Below, piece after piece: positions 1-8,977 of a DNA stretch of 64,000 nt. Position 1 is the first letter of the stretch. Each line of letters starts with the position of its first letter. The notes under the pieces are model-generated. The model worked only from the letters and a program-made list of their open reading frames with translations. It had not been told where the DNA came from and did no database searches. The translations under genes were made by a program, and so were the position numbers. The stretch is from Candidatus Hydrogenedentota bacterium. Lineage in GTDB: Bacteria; Hydrogenedentota; Hydrogenedentia; Hydrogenedentales; SLHB01. The stretch covers positions 42,753-106,752 of the forward strand of contig BTVY01000022.1 of the NCBI GenBank assembly GCA_045863335.1, read 5' to 3'.

Positions 1-177
1 TTGCAGCTCACGACCGATCTCCCGGTCATTGTGGAGATCGTGGACACCGTCGAGAACGTCAAGCGGTTTTTGCCTGTGCTGGAAGCCGTCATTCACGAAG
101 GCATCGCCACACTGGAACGGGTGGAGATTCGGTGTTTCGGGGAAGACCCGCCCCATACGCCCGAGAGCGAGTCCTGA
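1..177 (+). CDS. DUF190-family protein, 3' part only (truncated by window start)
   Basis: Frame 1 reads LQLTTDLPVIVEIVDTVENVKRFLPVLEAVIHEGIATLERVEIRCFGEDPPHTPESES*. The DLPVIVEIVD...EG(I/L)xTLE pattern is typical of DUF190 (PII-like) proteins. Confidence 0.75.
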   Translation: MQLTTDLPVIVEIVDTVENVKRFLPVLEAVIHEGIATLERVEIRCFGEDPPHTPESES

Positions 178-216
178 CTTCGCGATCGATCGTTTACATT
201 AAGGAACTAACAAGAC

Positions 217-1026
217 ATGAGTAAACCAGTTGCGCTCGCCGTAGCAGCGCACCCCGATGATATCGAATTGATGATGGGCGGCACGCTCCTCATGCTGGGC
301 AAGGCAGGTTTTGACCTCCACTACATGAACCTGTGCAACGGCTCCATGGGCACCGATTGGACGACCCGCGAAAAGATCATCGCGCAACGCACAGAGGAAG
401 CGCGGGAAGCCGCGAAGACCCTGGGCGCGACATTCCACGATCCCATCGCCGACGATCTGGATCTGTTCTACGACCGCACCGCGCCGCGAAAGGTTTGCGC
501 GGTCATTCGGGAAATCAAGCCGCGAATCCTTCTGGCGCAGTCTCCGCAGGACTACATGGAAGATCACATGAACGCCTGCCGGATTGCCGTGTCCTCCGCT
601 TTCTTCCGCGGCATGTGCAATTACATGACCGATCCGCCGCAGCCGCCTTACGGCGACCCCATCACCGTCTATCACGCCCTGCCGTGGGGGCTGCGCGACC
701 CCCTGCGCCGGGTCATCCGCGCGGGACAGTACGTGGACATCACCTCCGTTCTCGCCACCAAGCGCGCATCTCTCGCCTGCCACAAGAGTCAGAAGGAATG
801 GCTTGATCGCAGTCAGGGACTCGACAGTTACCTGACTACCCTGGAGGAGATGTCGGCGCTGGTAGGCCGCATGTCCGGCCGCTACCAATACGCCGAAGGA
901 TGGCGCAGGCACCTGCATCTTGGATTCTGCGGCGAGCACGACGATCCGCTAACCGATGCATTGCCGGACGCGGCGCTTGTGTGTGAAGAATACACGAAAG
1001 AAATCGACGCTGGGCTGCCCCGCTAG
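217..1026 (+). CDS. PIG-L/LmbE-family deacetylase
   Basis: AHPDD motif near the N-terminus, RxxEAREAAxxLG, DYMEDH metal-ligand segment, and HKSQ near the C-terminus. Confidence 0.9.
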   Translation: MSKPVALAVAAHPDDIELMMGGTLLMLGKAGFDLHYMNLCNGSMGTDWTTREKIIAQRTEEAREAAKTLGATFHDPIADDLDLFYDRTAPRKVCAVIREIKPRILLAQSPQDYMEDHMNACRIAVSSAFFRGMCNYMTDPPQPPYGDPITVYHALPWGLRDPLRRVIRAGQYVDITSVLATKRASLACHKSQKEWLDRSQGLDSYLTTLEEMSALVGRMSGRYQYAEGWRRHLHLGFCGEHDDPLTDALPDAALVCEEYTKEIDAGLPR

Positions 1027-1061
1027 CAGCCTCGAGACAGAAAGTCCCATCTGCAACGGAT

Positions 1062-1147
1062 TGTAGCGTCCCGCCTTCCATGGCGGGCGTACTTTCCGAG
1101 AGATTCCGAGGCACGAAGTCTCGCCCGGCGTGGAAGCCGGGCGCTAC
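1062..1147. repeat. REP-like inverted doublet, family A (GTAG-ended palindromes)
   Basis: tGTAGcgtcccgccttccatggcgggc ... gcccggcgtggaagccgggcgCTAC. Near-identical copies at 48853-48922 and 59982-60051, and a related copy at 59903-59955. Confidence 0.8.
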
Positions 1148-1197
1148 GGGCGAACACCCAAGTTTTATCTCAAGAACTCCGCGCGATGCGTAGCTGA

Positions 1198-1237
1198 AAG
1201 TCCCCCTTTGAAGGGGGATTTAGGGGGATGTTCCCTC
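1198..1237 (+). repeat. Palindromic repeat family B (TCCCCCTT.GAAGGGGGA..AGGGGGATGTT)
   Basis: Copies at 6731-6770 and as an inverted pair at 53409-53443 / 53535-53569. All are intergenic. Confidence 0.8.
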
Positions 1238-1270
1238 TGGTACTGATCGTGAGTGCGATGCGAAATTGCG

Positions 1271-1774
1271 TCAGTGCAGCAACCCCCCTTCGATCCGCAA
1301 CAGTTCCCGCTTCCATTCCAGGCCCGCGGCGTATCCGTGGAGCGAACCATCCTTCCCCAGAAACCGATGGCAGGGGACGAGTACGGCAACCGGATTCGCG
1401 CCCAAGGCCGTGCCGACGGCGCGCGCGGTTCCCGCATTCTTGCCCAAGCGGCGCGTTAAATCACCGTACGTTTCCGTATGACCCCAAGGCGTTTCGCGCG
1501 CGGCCAGCCAGACCTCGCGTTGAAAGGCCGTCGCACCGTTGAGGTCCAGTGGAATTCGGCTAAAGTCTTCCTGCACGCCCGCGAAGTACCGTTCCAACGC
1601 CGCGTTCAATTCCCACACGCGTCCGTCGTTCGCGGCCGAGTGCAACACCGAGCGGCGCATACCCCCCTTCTCCGCGTGGGGCAGTTCCAGCCATTGCAGT
1701 CCCGCTCGGGAAAACCATCCATAGATCGTTCCCCAAGGATGATCGAATTGAAAGTTTGCCTGTCCCGTCATCAC
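1271..1774 (-). CDS. ogt: Methylated-DNA--protein-cysteine S-methyltransferase
   Basis: TAFQREVW, TYGDL, ARAVGTA.GANP and the active-site PCHR motif, followed by LHGYAAGLEWKRELLRIEG. Confidence 0.93.
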   Translation of the reverse strand: MMTGQANFQFDHPWGTIYGWFSRAGLQWLELPHAEKGGMRRSVLHSAANDGRVWELNAALERYFAGVQEDFSRIPLDLNGATAFQREVWLAARETPWGHTETYGDLTRRLGKNAGTARAVGTALGANPVAVLVPCHRFLGKDGSLHGYAAGLEWKRELLRIEGGLLH

Positions 1775-1862
1775 CGTGCCCCGCGCCTGATTTGCTCAGG
1801 AAAGAGCCTACCACAGGCGCCGAAACTCGAGCCACACGAAGGACTCAGGTTGAAAGAGGTGC

Positions 1863-2005
1863 TGTCCACCGATTGCGCCGATTTCACCGATTGAATGCCG
1901 GTCTTAATGGTCTCGTCAGCAGATTTTCTCGATGAGAAACTATGTGCGGATATGGTGCGGGAGTTCAGTCTCTTGAATCGGTGAAATCTGTGCAATCGGT
2001 GGACA
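1863..2005. repeat. 143-bp element with 30-bp terminal inverted repeats built of 9-mer units (family F)
   Basis: tgtccaccgattgcgccgatttcaccgatt matches the reverse complement of aatcggtgaaatctgtgcaatcggtggaca at 28/30 positions. A related arm lies at 51946-51973. Confidence 0.75.
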
Positions 2006-2031
2006 AGAATAGTTAACGCGCCTGCCCGCGT

Positions 2032-3300
2032 CTACGCGCGATACGCGACCGCGCCATCGCAGATGGTCGCCTTCACGAGGCCCCGCACGGTCATGCCGGT
2101 GAACGGCGTGTTGCGGCTGAGAGAATGAAACTCGTTGGGATTGACCACCCATTCCGCGGAGGGATCGAAGACTGTCACGTCCGCCGCGCCGCCTTCCACG
2201 AGCGTTCCTACGGGTAGATCGAGGATGCGCGCGCCCGCAATAGACATGAGTTCGACCGCGCGTTCAATCGTGATAACGCCGGTCTCCACGAGACCGGTAA
2301 TCGTGAGGGCCAGGGACGTCTCCAATCCAAGAATGCCAAACGGCGCGAACTGGAATTCCACTTCCTTTTCCGTGGGCGTGTGCGGCGCGTGATCGGTGGC
2401 GATACAATCGATGGTGCCGTCCGCTATCGCGGCCTTGATGGCTTCCACGTCTTCCGGTTCGCGCAAGGGCGGATTCATTTTCGCGTTCGTGCCGAAACCT
2501 ACGACCGCCTCATCCGTCAGCGTCCAGTAATGAGGCGCCGTTTCGCAGGTCACCCGAATGCCCTTCGCCTTCGCGCGCCGGATAATCTCCACGCCGCCTG
2601 CCGAAGTCACATGCTGGATATGAATGCGCGCGCCGGTCAACTCCGCGAGGCGGATGTTGCGGTCGATCATGATCTCTTCCATCGCCTTTGGGCAAGCGGG
2701 AATGCCGAGCCGCGTGGAATTGTACCCTTCGTTCATGGCGCCGCCGTCCATCAGCGTCGAATCTTCGCAGTGGGCCATGTACACGAGGTCGCACATGTTC
2801 GCGTACTCCAACACCCGCCGCATAACCCAACTGTTCTGAATGTCTTTCCCGTCGTCCGTGACCGCGACTGCGCCAACCGCCTTTAGCTCGGCCATCTCGG
2901 TCATCTCGACGCCTTCCATGCCCTTCGTGGCGCAGGCGGCGGGCCAGACCTTGATGCAGGCGGTTTCGCGCGCGCGGCGGCTGACGAACTCGATCATTCC
3001 CGCATTGTCGATGGTGGGGCGGGTGTTCGCCATCGTGACCACGGACGTGAAGCCGCCGTGTGCCGCGGCGCGGCTACCCGTGGCGATGGTTTCCTTCGAT
3101 TCAAAACCAGGCTCCCGGAAATGCACGTGAATGTCGACGAGCCCCGGGCACACCACGCATCCCGCCGCGTCGATAGTCTCATCGCCCTTGAGTCCGTTGC
3201 CGATCTTCGAAACGGTGCTTCCTTCGATCAGGATGTCCATCGGTTCGGAGATGCCCTGGGAAGGTTCGATGAAATGCCCGTTGACGATGGCGAGACTCAT
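2032..3300 (-). CDS. pyrC: Dihydroorotase
   Basis: PGLVDIHVHFREPG, GGFTSVVTMANTRP, KMNPPLR and IATDHAPH motifs. True start is MSLAIVNG at 3300 with a GAGGAG RBS. Lies downstream of pyrB. Confidence 0.95.
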   Translation of the reverse strand: MSLAIVNGHFIEPSQGISEPMDILIEGSTVSKIGNGLKGDETIDAAGCVVCPGLVDIHVHFREPGFESKETIATGSRAAAHGGFTSVVTMANTRPTIDNAGMIEFVSRRARETACIKVWPAACATKGMEGVEMTEMAELKAVGAVAVTDDGKDIQNSWVMRRVLEYANMCDLVYMAHCEDSTLMDGGAMNEGYNSTRLGIPACPKAMEEIMIDRNIRLAELTGARIHIQHVTSAGGVEIIRRAKAKGIRVTCETAPHYWTLTDEAVVGFGTNAKMNPPLREPEDVEAIKAAIADGTIDCIATDHAPHTPTEKEVEFQFAPFGILGLETSLALTITGLVETGVITIERAVELMSIAGARILDLPVGTLVEGGAADVTVFDPSAEWVVNPNEFHSLSRNTPFTGMTVRGLVKATICDGAVAYRA

Positions 3301-3325
3301 GAATGTTCTGTGCTCCTCGTGCGTG

Positions 3326-4309
3326 CTAGGCGGCGCGGCCGTTGACGAGCAGATGCATAATCGCCATCCGCACAGCGACGCCATTGGACACTTGCTCCAG
3401 CACGACGCTGCGCGGGCCGTCCGCGACTTCCGCCGCCAGTTCGATGTCGCGGTTGATGGGCCCGGGATGCATGACCAGCGCGTGCGCCGGAGCGGCCTTA
3501 AGCGATTCGTTGTCGATGCGGAACAAGCGAATGTATTCGCGGATACTCGGGAACAGGCATTTCTGCTGGCGTTCGAGCTGGATGCGCAGCGCGTACACCA
3601 CGTCCGCACCCGCAATCGCGTCGCGCAGATTTGACGTGGTCTCCGCGCCCATGCGGCCGACCTCCGGAGGCATGAGCGTGTTCGGGCCGCACAATATCAC
3701 GCTGGCGCCCAATTTCGTCAGACCCCACACGTTGCTCCGCGCCACCCGGCTATGCGAAATGTCGCCGATAATCGCGACGCGAATGCCGTCCAGCGTCGCG
3801 TTGGAGTCTTCCCGCTGCCGCCGCACGTGGTCGCGAATCGTAAAGGCATCCAGCAAGGCCTGCGTCGGGTGTTCGTGGGCGCCGTCGCCCGCGTTGATGA
3901 TGTGGGAATCATGGTGTTGTGCCAGGATGTGCGCCGCGCCCGCGCAATTGTGGCGGATGACCACCACGTCGCTATGCATGGCCTCGATATTGTCGAGCGT
4001 ATCGTGCAGGGTCTCGCCCTTCTTGGAGCTGGATGCCTGCACATTGATGGTGAGCGAATCGGCGCTCAGCCGTTTCGCCGCAATCTCGAAGGAGGTCCGC
4101 GTCCGTGTGCTGGGTTCAAAAAACCAGTTCACGATCAAGCGGCCTTGCAGCAGGGGGACGCGCTTGATGCCGCTCTCGCGTTTCGATACCGCCACGAATT
4201 GCGGCGCCGTGTCCAGGATGGTCTCAATTTCCTGGCGCGACAAATCCTCGAGCCCGGTGAGATCTTTCCGCGTCCACACGGGGGCCGGCTTGTTTTCCGC
4301 GGGCGTCAT
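3326..4309 (-). CDS. pyrB: Aspartate carbamoyltransferase catalytic subunit
   Basis: FFEPSTRTRTSF, INAGDGAHEHPTQALLD, HSRVARSN and MHPGPINR motifs. The ATG at 4309 overlaps the pyrR stop (ATGA). Confidence 0.96.
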   Translation of the reverse strand: MTPAENKPAPVWTRKDLTGLEDLSRQEIETILDTAPQFVAVSKRESGIKRVPLLQGRLIVNWFFEPSTRTRTSFEIAAKRLSADSLTINVQASSSKKGETLHDTLDNIEAMHSDVVVIRHNCAGAAHILAQHHDSHIINAGDGAHEHPTQALLDAFTIRDHVRRQREDSNATLDGIRVAIIGDISHSRVARSNVWGLTKLGASVILCGPNTLMPPEVGRMGAETTSNLRDAIAGADVVYALRIQLERQQKCLFPSIREYIRLFRIDNESLKAAPAHALVMHPGPINRDIELAAEVADGPRSVVLEQVSNGVAVRMAIMHLLVNGRAA

Positions 4310-4908
4310 TCCTGGGACTCCGCGGTCTCGCCCGGCCGGCTCTCCAGCAGGACGATGTCTTCGCCGTCCGATTCCTTGAGCCGAACGAACACGTGGTCGT
4401 CCGGTTGGGTCACGAGCGACCATCCGAGGTAGTCGGCCTGTATGGGAAGCTCGCGGAGGCCGCGATCGATGAGGCAGGCCAGCCGGATATACCGGGGACG
4501 TCCGTAATCGATAATCTCGTCCATGGCGGCACGAACCGTGCGCCCGGTGGAAAGCACATCATCGACGAGGACGACCGTGGTTCCCTCCACGTCGAAGTCG
4601 AAGTGCGTCATGTGTCCGAGCGAAGCGGAACGTTTCCCGCTGCGGACATCGTCGCGATAGAGTTCGGTGGAGAGGGAGCCGACTTTTGGCGCGACTCCGG
4701 TCATGTTCCGGATTTCGCTCACCAGCCGTTCTGCGAGGGGGCGGCCCCGGCTCAGAATCCCAAGGAGCACGACGGAGGCGAGGTCGTCATTGGCGGCGAC
4801 GATTTCCTGGGCCATGCGGTGGATAGCCGCGTTCATGGCTTCCCCGTCCAGGACCACGGTGGATTCGCCGAAGTCGCTGTTCTCCTGCCCCGTGGTGGTC
4901 ATCGCCAT
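4306..4908 (-). CDS. pyrR: PyrR-family regulator / uracil phosphoribosyltransferase (divergent RNA-binding surface)
   Basis: LYRDD, VVLVDDVLSTGRTVRAAMD and LIDRGLRELPIQADYLG motifs. First gene of pyrR-pyrB-pyrC. Confidence 0.92.
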   Translation of the reverse strand: MAMTTTGQENSDFGESTVVLDGEAMNAAIHRMAQEIVAANDDLASVVLLGILSRGRPLAERLVSEIRNMTGVAPKVGSLSTELYRDDVRSGKRSASLGHMTHFDFDVEGTTVVLVDDVLSTGRTVRAAMDEIIDYGRPRYIRLACLIDRGLRELPIQADYLGWSLVTQPDDHVFVRLKESDGEDIVLLESRPGETAESQE

Positions 4909-4929
4909 TCCCCGAAAGGACCGCCGGAT

Positions 4930-4964
4930 AAAAGAAAGGCCTTCTCGCAGATTGGAGAAGGTCC
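4930..4964 (-). terminator. Intrinsic terminator-like hairpin in the pyrR leader (putative attenuator)
   Basis: Minus strand reads ggaccttctc-caatctgc-gagaaggcc-tttctttt, between the promoter and the pyrR start. Confidence 0.6.
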
Positions 4965-5022
4965 GGCCAGATTCATACCCACACTCGCTCTCGATTCATC
5001 TGTCCTAGGCACACCAAGCCCG

Positions 5023-5051
5023 ATTCTAACAGCCGGGAATGAATCAGTCAA
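5023..5051 (-). promoter_or_regulatory. Sigma70-type promoter of the pyr operon
   Basis: Minus strand TTGACT (5051-5046), 17-nt spacer, TAGAAT (5028-5023). Confidence 0.75.
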
Positions 5052-5187
5052 ACGCTCCATTGCCGTCGGCCGCCTCCCGCGCTCTCGGAGTTCGCAGCCG
5101 TGCGTTTCTTGACTTCGCGGTGATCGCTCGCGCATGCTCGCTGAAGGCGCAATACTACTAACGTCAGCGAACAAGGGGGCTTCACGT

Positions 5188-6678
5188 ATGCGAACCGGAT
5201 CGATCTCAATACTGGTCACACTGTTAATTGCGGCGGTCGCAACGCCGGTCTGGGCGGGTTCATTGTTTGCCGGACCGCTCGACGACCTTGCCACGCTCAA
5301 GCCGGGGCGAACGATGCGTGCATCGTCGAGCGACCCCAACTGGGCCGTGGGCAACGGCGATGCGCGTCCCATTGAACCGGGCGACACACTGGTCGTAGCG
5401 GAACTGGAAGGACCCGGCGTCATCAACCACATCTGGAATACCATCGCGTCCCAGGAACGGGGCTACTCCCGGCTCCTCGTCTTGCGCATGTATTGGGATG
5501 GCGAAGAGAGCCCTTCGATTGAAGTGCCCATCGGCGATTTCTTCGGCGTAGGCCACGGCATGGACGTGCCTTTTGATTCCCTGCCGGTTCGCGTGACCTC
5601 GGATGGCCGCGGCCGAAACTGTTACTGGCCCATGCCCTTCCGCAAGTCCGCCAAAATCACCGTGACAAACGAAGGGCGGCTTCGCACCGATGCCTTCTAC
5701 TACTACGTGGACTGGCAAAAACTTCCCAGTCTGCCGGACGATACCGCGTACCTCCACGCCATGTACCGCCAGGAGTATCCGGCTACCATGGGCCAACGTT
5801 ATCTCATTGCTGACATCGAAGGGCGCGGTCACTACGCCGGAACCGTGTTGAATTGCCGGCAGAACATGCCGAACTGGTTTGGTGAAGGCGACGATTTCTT
5901 CTACATCGACGGCGAGGAAGAACCCAGTCTCCGAGGCACCGGCACGGAAGACTACTTTTGCGACGGCTGGGGCTTCCGCGTGCAATCGGGGGCCTTCTAC
6001 GGTGCGCCCGTATTCGAGGGATTCAAGCGAGGCGACCGCACCTCCGTGTATCGCTGGCACGTCACCGATCCCGTCACGTTCACCGAATCGCTTCGTCTCG
6101 AGATCGAACATGTGGGACCGGTCATCGACGAGACGGACAAGATCACTGCAAACTATGGCGAGCGCCCGGACGATTTCTCGTCTGTCGCGTTTTGGTACCA
6201 GCTCGAACCGCACAAGCCCTATCCGGATCTGCCCAAGGGCTACGATCGCTTGTACTTCGACTATAGCGAAATGATTGAAGCGGAAAGCCTGCTCGACGGC
6301 ATCGAAGCGCCAGTAGGTCCTGTGCAGAATCAGGAAGGCGGCGCCTGGAGCAAGGGCGGCCAGTTGTTCTGGACCCCACAGGAGCCGAACCAGAGCATCA
6401 CGATACCGTTCGTGATTGATGAAGATGGGACCTACTATCCGCTTTTAATGATGACCTACTCCTTCGACTACGGCATATTCCAGTACGAACTGGACGGCGA
6501 TCCCCTGGCAGAACCCATCGACCAATACCATAGCGCCGTCGTCACGCGCGAACGGCAGATGCCGCCGAGGAAGTTGGACAAAGGCACGCATACTTTGACG
6601 GTCCGAAATGTGGGCAAGAACACCGAATCGGCGGGATACTACTTCGGCCTCGACGGATTTCTACTTTTGATGCGCTAG
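5188..6678 (+). CDS. Secreted DUF2961 (GH172-like) protein with C-terminal beta-sandwich/CBM-like domain
   Basis: Signal peptide; GPGVINHIW, LRMYWDGEESPSIEVPIGDFFG, NCYWPMPF, WFGEGDDFFYIDGE, GTGTEDYF and SSVAFWYQ motifs. Confidence 0.85.
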   Translation: MRTGSISILVTLLIAAVATPVWAGSLFAGPLDDLATLKPGRTMRASSSDPNWAVGNGDARPIEPGDTLVVAELEGPGVINHIWNTIASQERGYSRLLVLRMYWDGEESPSIEVPIGDFFGVGHGMDVPFDSLPVRVTSDGRGRNCYWPMPFRKSAKITVTNEGRLRTDAFYYYVDWQKLPSLPDDTAYLHAMYRQEYPATMGQRYLIADIEGRGHYAGTVLNCRQNMPNWFGEGDDFFYIDGEEEPSLRGTGTEDYFCDGWGFRVQSGAFYGAPVFEGFKRGDRTSVYRWHVTDPVTFTESLRLEIEHVGPVIDETDKITANYGERPDDFSSVAFWYQLEPHKPYPDLPKGYDRLYFDYSEMIEAESLLDGIEAPVGPVQNQEGGAWSKGGQLFWTPQEPNQSITIPFVIDEDGTYYPLLMMTYSFDYGIFQYELDGDPLAEPIDQYHSAVVTRERQMPPRKLDKGTHTLTVRNVGKNTESAGYYFGLDGFLLLMR

Positions 6679-6730
6679 TACCCAGCTTTGGATTTGCCTG
6701 TTCAATGAGCTTGCGCAACATATTCTCTTA

Positions 6731-6770
6731 AAGTCCCCCTTCGAAGGGGGATTCAGGGGGATGTTCCCTC
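6731..6770 (+). repeat. Palindromic repeat family B copy
   Basis: aagtcccccttcgaagggggattcagggggatgttccctc, between convergent genes. Confidence 0.8.
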
Positions 6771-6827
6771 AGGCACCGGTGTGAAGTGCCGGGCGGTTCG
6801 TCGAGCTCGCACCGCTACGGATGCCGC

Positions 6828-7130
6828 TCAGGCGTAGTATGCCCAGACTTCCGCGCCGTTCGTGAGCGTTACGCGGTGCCGGGCGTACAGGTCGCCCTCG
6901 TAGCGATCGATGAGAGCGAGTTCGGCATCCGTGACGTCAAGAACCCGGCCAGATACGGTACCGTCCGATTCCGGCACCAGATTCGGAAATACTTCCGTGC
7001 CGTCCTGCAAAGTGGTCTTGCGGTACCCCGCCAGTTGCGCTGGAGTGCCCGCGATTTCGCGCCCAATTACAGCCCGTTGCACGTGAACGTGCAGAAGCGT
7101 GCCGTATGCAAACAAAGTCTGGGTACTCAT
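6828..7130 (-). CDS. Gamma-glutamylcyclotransferase (AIG2-like) family protein
   Basis: MSTQTLFAYGTL ... V(S)GRVLDV...ELALIDRYEGDLY.R..V...AEVWAY. Start taken at 7130. Confidence 0.85.
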   Translation of the reverse strand: MSTQTLFAYGTLLHVHVQRAVIGREIAGTPAQLAGYRKTTLQDGTEVFPNLVPESDGTVSGRVLDVTDAELALIDRYEGDLYARHRVTLTNGAEVWAYYA

Positions 7131-7333
7131 GCTGATGACTCGCTCCGCCCGTTTGTCCCGCCCATCCATCATATCAGAGAATGCCCGTCTTGGCACTTTC
7201 CCCGCGAAACATGCTATATTCCGCTGTTCCCTGTATCGAACACTGCGCAGTACTCTTTTGTCAGGCCGCCCGCCCAACGCGCCAATCCGATTTCCAACCG
7301 CGCCGGGGCTGACGCCATCCATCAGGACACGGC

Positions 7334-8710
7334 ATGAAACCATTTGACGAGGAACTGGTCTCCGGCAGCATTGTCCGCTCCGTGTGGAAGCTGTCGTGGC
7401 CCATCGTGCTCATGAATCTCATCAACGGGATTCATGGCATGGTGGACCAGGTCCTCGTGGGCCATTACGTGCAGGCGCACGAAGCCAACGCGGCCATCGG
7501 CGTGGCGTGGAATCTGTTTTTGCTGATCGTGGTTTCGCTGGCGTCGTTGTTTCACGGCATGGGCGTGCTCATCGCGCAGTACGCCGGACGGCGCGACCGT
7601 GAAGCCATGGCGGTCGTGCTTTATCAGACCATCCTCTGCACGCTCTACCTCGTCCTGTTTGTTGTAGCGCCGCTGGGGTATCTGTGTTCACCGTTACTTC
7701 TGCGGCTGGTCAACGCGCCGCCCGACGTGCAGCACTACGCCTTGCCCTACCTGCGCATCATGTTCCTGTTCGGCGTGCCCTTATCGATGAATTTTCTGCT
7801 CGGCACCGCTATGCAAACCAGCGGCGATCCGAAGACGCCCCTCAAGCTCGTCGTGCTCAGCACCATTCTCAACGTTATCTTCAGCGCGGTGTTTATTGTC
7901 GGACTCGGACCCTTCCCCGCGATGGGCCCGGCCGGCGCGGCCCTGGGCACCTGTCTGGCTCCCATTCCAGGGATTATTATCGCGTTCACCCTAATCCTGA
8001 AAGGTCGGCTGATTCTTCAATTTCCCAAGGAATGGTCGCTCAAACCGGATTTCGAAGTGGTGCGCAGCATCACGCGCATCGGCATTCCCACCGGGATCAA
8101 CGGGGTCGTGCTGAACATCGGAGGCATCTGGCTCTACCGCTACATCGGCGGCCTGGATCACGGCGGCGCCGCCATGGCTTCCTACACCATCTGCTACGCG
8201 CAGCTCTTCTCATTCGTCACCTGGGCATCGCTGGGGCTGCGCGGCGCTTCCGCCGCTTTGATGGGACAGAATATCGGCGCAGGCAAGACCGATCGCGGCC
8301 GCCGCGGCGTTCACGTTGCCGCGCTCATGGGCACGAGCTGGGCGGTAATCTGGGGCATCGCCGTGTGGAACCTCCCGGAGGTGTTCCTGGGCATCTTCAA
8401 TTTGCAGGACCCCATGGTCGTGACCTTCGGCACGGCCCTGCTGCGTTATCTCGCGATCTCGGGCATTTTTCTCTCCGCCGCACTCGCGCTGACCGGCGGC
8501 TTGATTGGCGCCGGCGACACGCAAAAACCCATGTGGATCGCCATCGTCACGCAAATCATCATTCTGTTAGGCGTCTGCCAACTCTACGCAGCCTTCGGCC
8601 GGCTCTCCGCCAACGCCATCTGGCAGGCAATCCTTATCAGCCACTTCAGTCGCTACGTCCTAACCCATATCGTCTTTCGCCACGCAAAATGGAAACCCCT
8701 CGTCTTCTGA
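7334..8710 (+). CDS. MATE-family efflux transporter
   Basis: About 12 TM segments, GD(P/T)K(T)P repeated in both halves, MGPAGAALGT, and MGQNIGAGK. Confidence 0.9.
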   Translation: MKPFDEELVSGSIVRSVWKLSWPIVLMNLINGIHGMVDQVLVGHYVQAHEANAAIGVAWNLFLLIVVSLASLFHGMGVLIAQYAGRRDREAMAVVLYQTILCTLYLVLFVVAPLGYLCSPLLLRLVNAPPDVQHYALPYLRIMFLFGVPLSMNFLLGTAMQTSGDPKTPLKLVVLSTILNVIFSAVFIVGLGPFPAMGPAGAALGTCLAPIPGIIIAFTLILKGRLILQFPKEWSLKPDFEVVRSITRIGIPTGINGVVLNIGGIWLYRYIGGLDHGGAAMASYTICYAQLFSFVTWASLGLRGASAALMGQNIGAGKTDRGRRGVHVAALMGTSWAVIWGIAVWNLPEVFLGIFNLQDPMVVTFGTALLRYLAISGIFLSAALALTGGLIGAGDTQKPMWIAIVTQIIILLGVCQLYAAFGRLSANAIWQAILISHFSRYVLTHIVFRHAKWKPLVF

Positions 8711-8760
8711 TCCCCGCATCTTTTACCACGCCCGCCGACACCCCGAATCCGTAAACCAGA

Positions 8761-8833
8761 ATCGGTATCGGGATCGGTATCGTAATTGACGCGGGAATCG
8801 CGAAGTGTTTTTGATACCGATCCCGATACCGAT
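8761..8833. repeat. Inverted arrays of ATCGG(T/G) hexamers (family C)
   Basis: atcggtatcgggatcggtatc ... gataccgatcccgataccgat. Further copies at 32304-32395 and 56834-56924. Confidence 0.8.
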
Positions 8834-8977
8834 GAGGAGGATTCTGTGCGGCGATTACCGGCTCGAGCCCCGCGCTCAGGAGAAATCCTGAACCAAACCA
8901 AAAACGGCGCCCGGCTCTTTCTCGAACCAGGCGCCGCAAATATCTTCAATTCGTAATTCTTAATTCATAATTCAATC

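Noticed and set aside
8761-8833. Short repeated units considered as a possible CRISPR array (also 14588-14647, 32304-32395, 56834-56924)
   Set aside because: Units are 6-9 nt tandem oligomers in inverted arrangement, without 23-47-nt repeats separated by unique spacers, and no cas genes are present.
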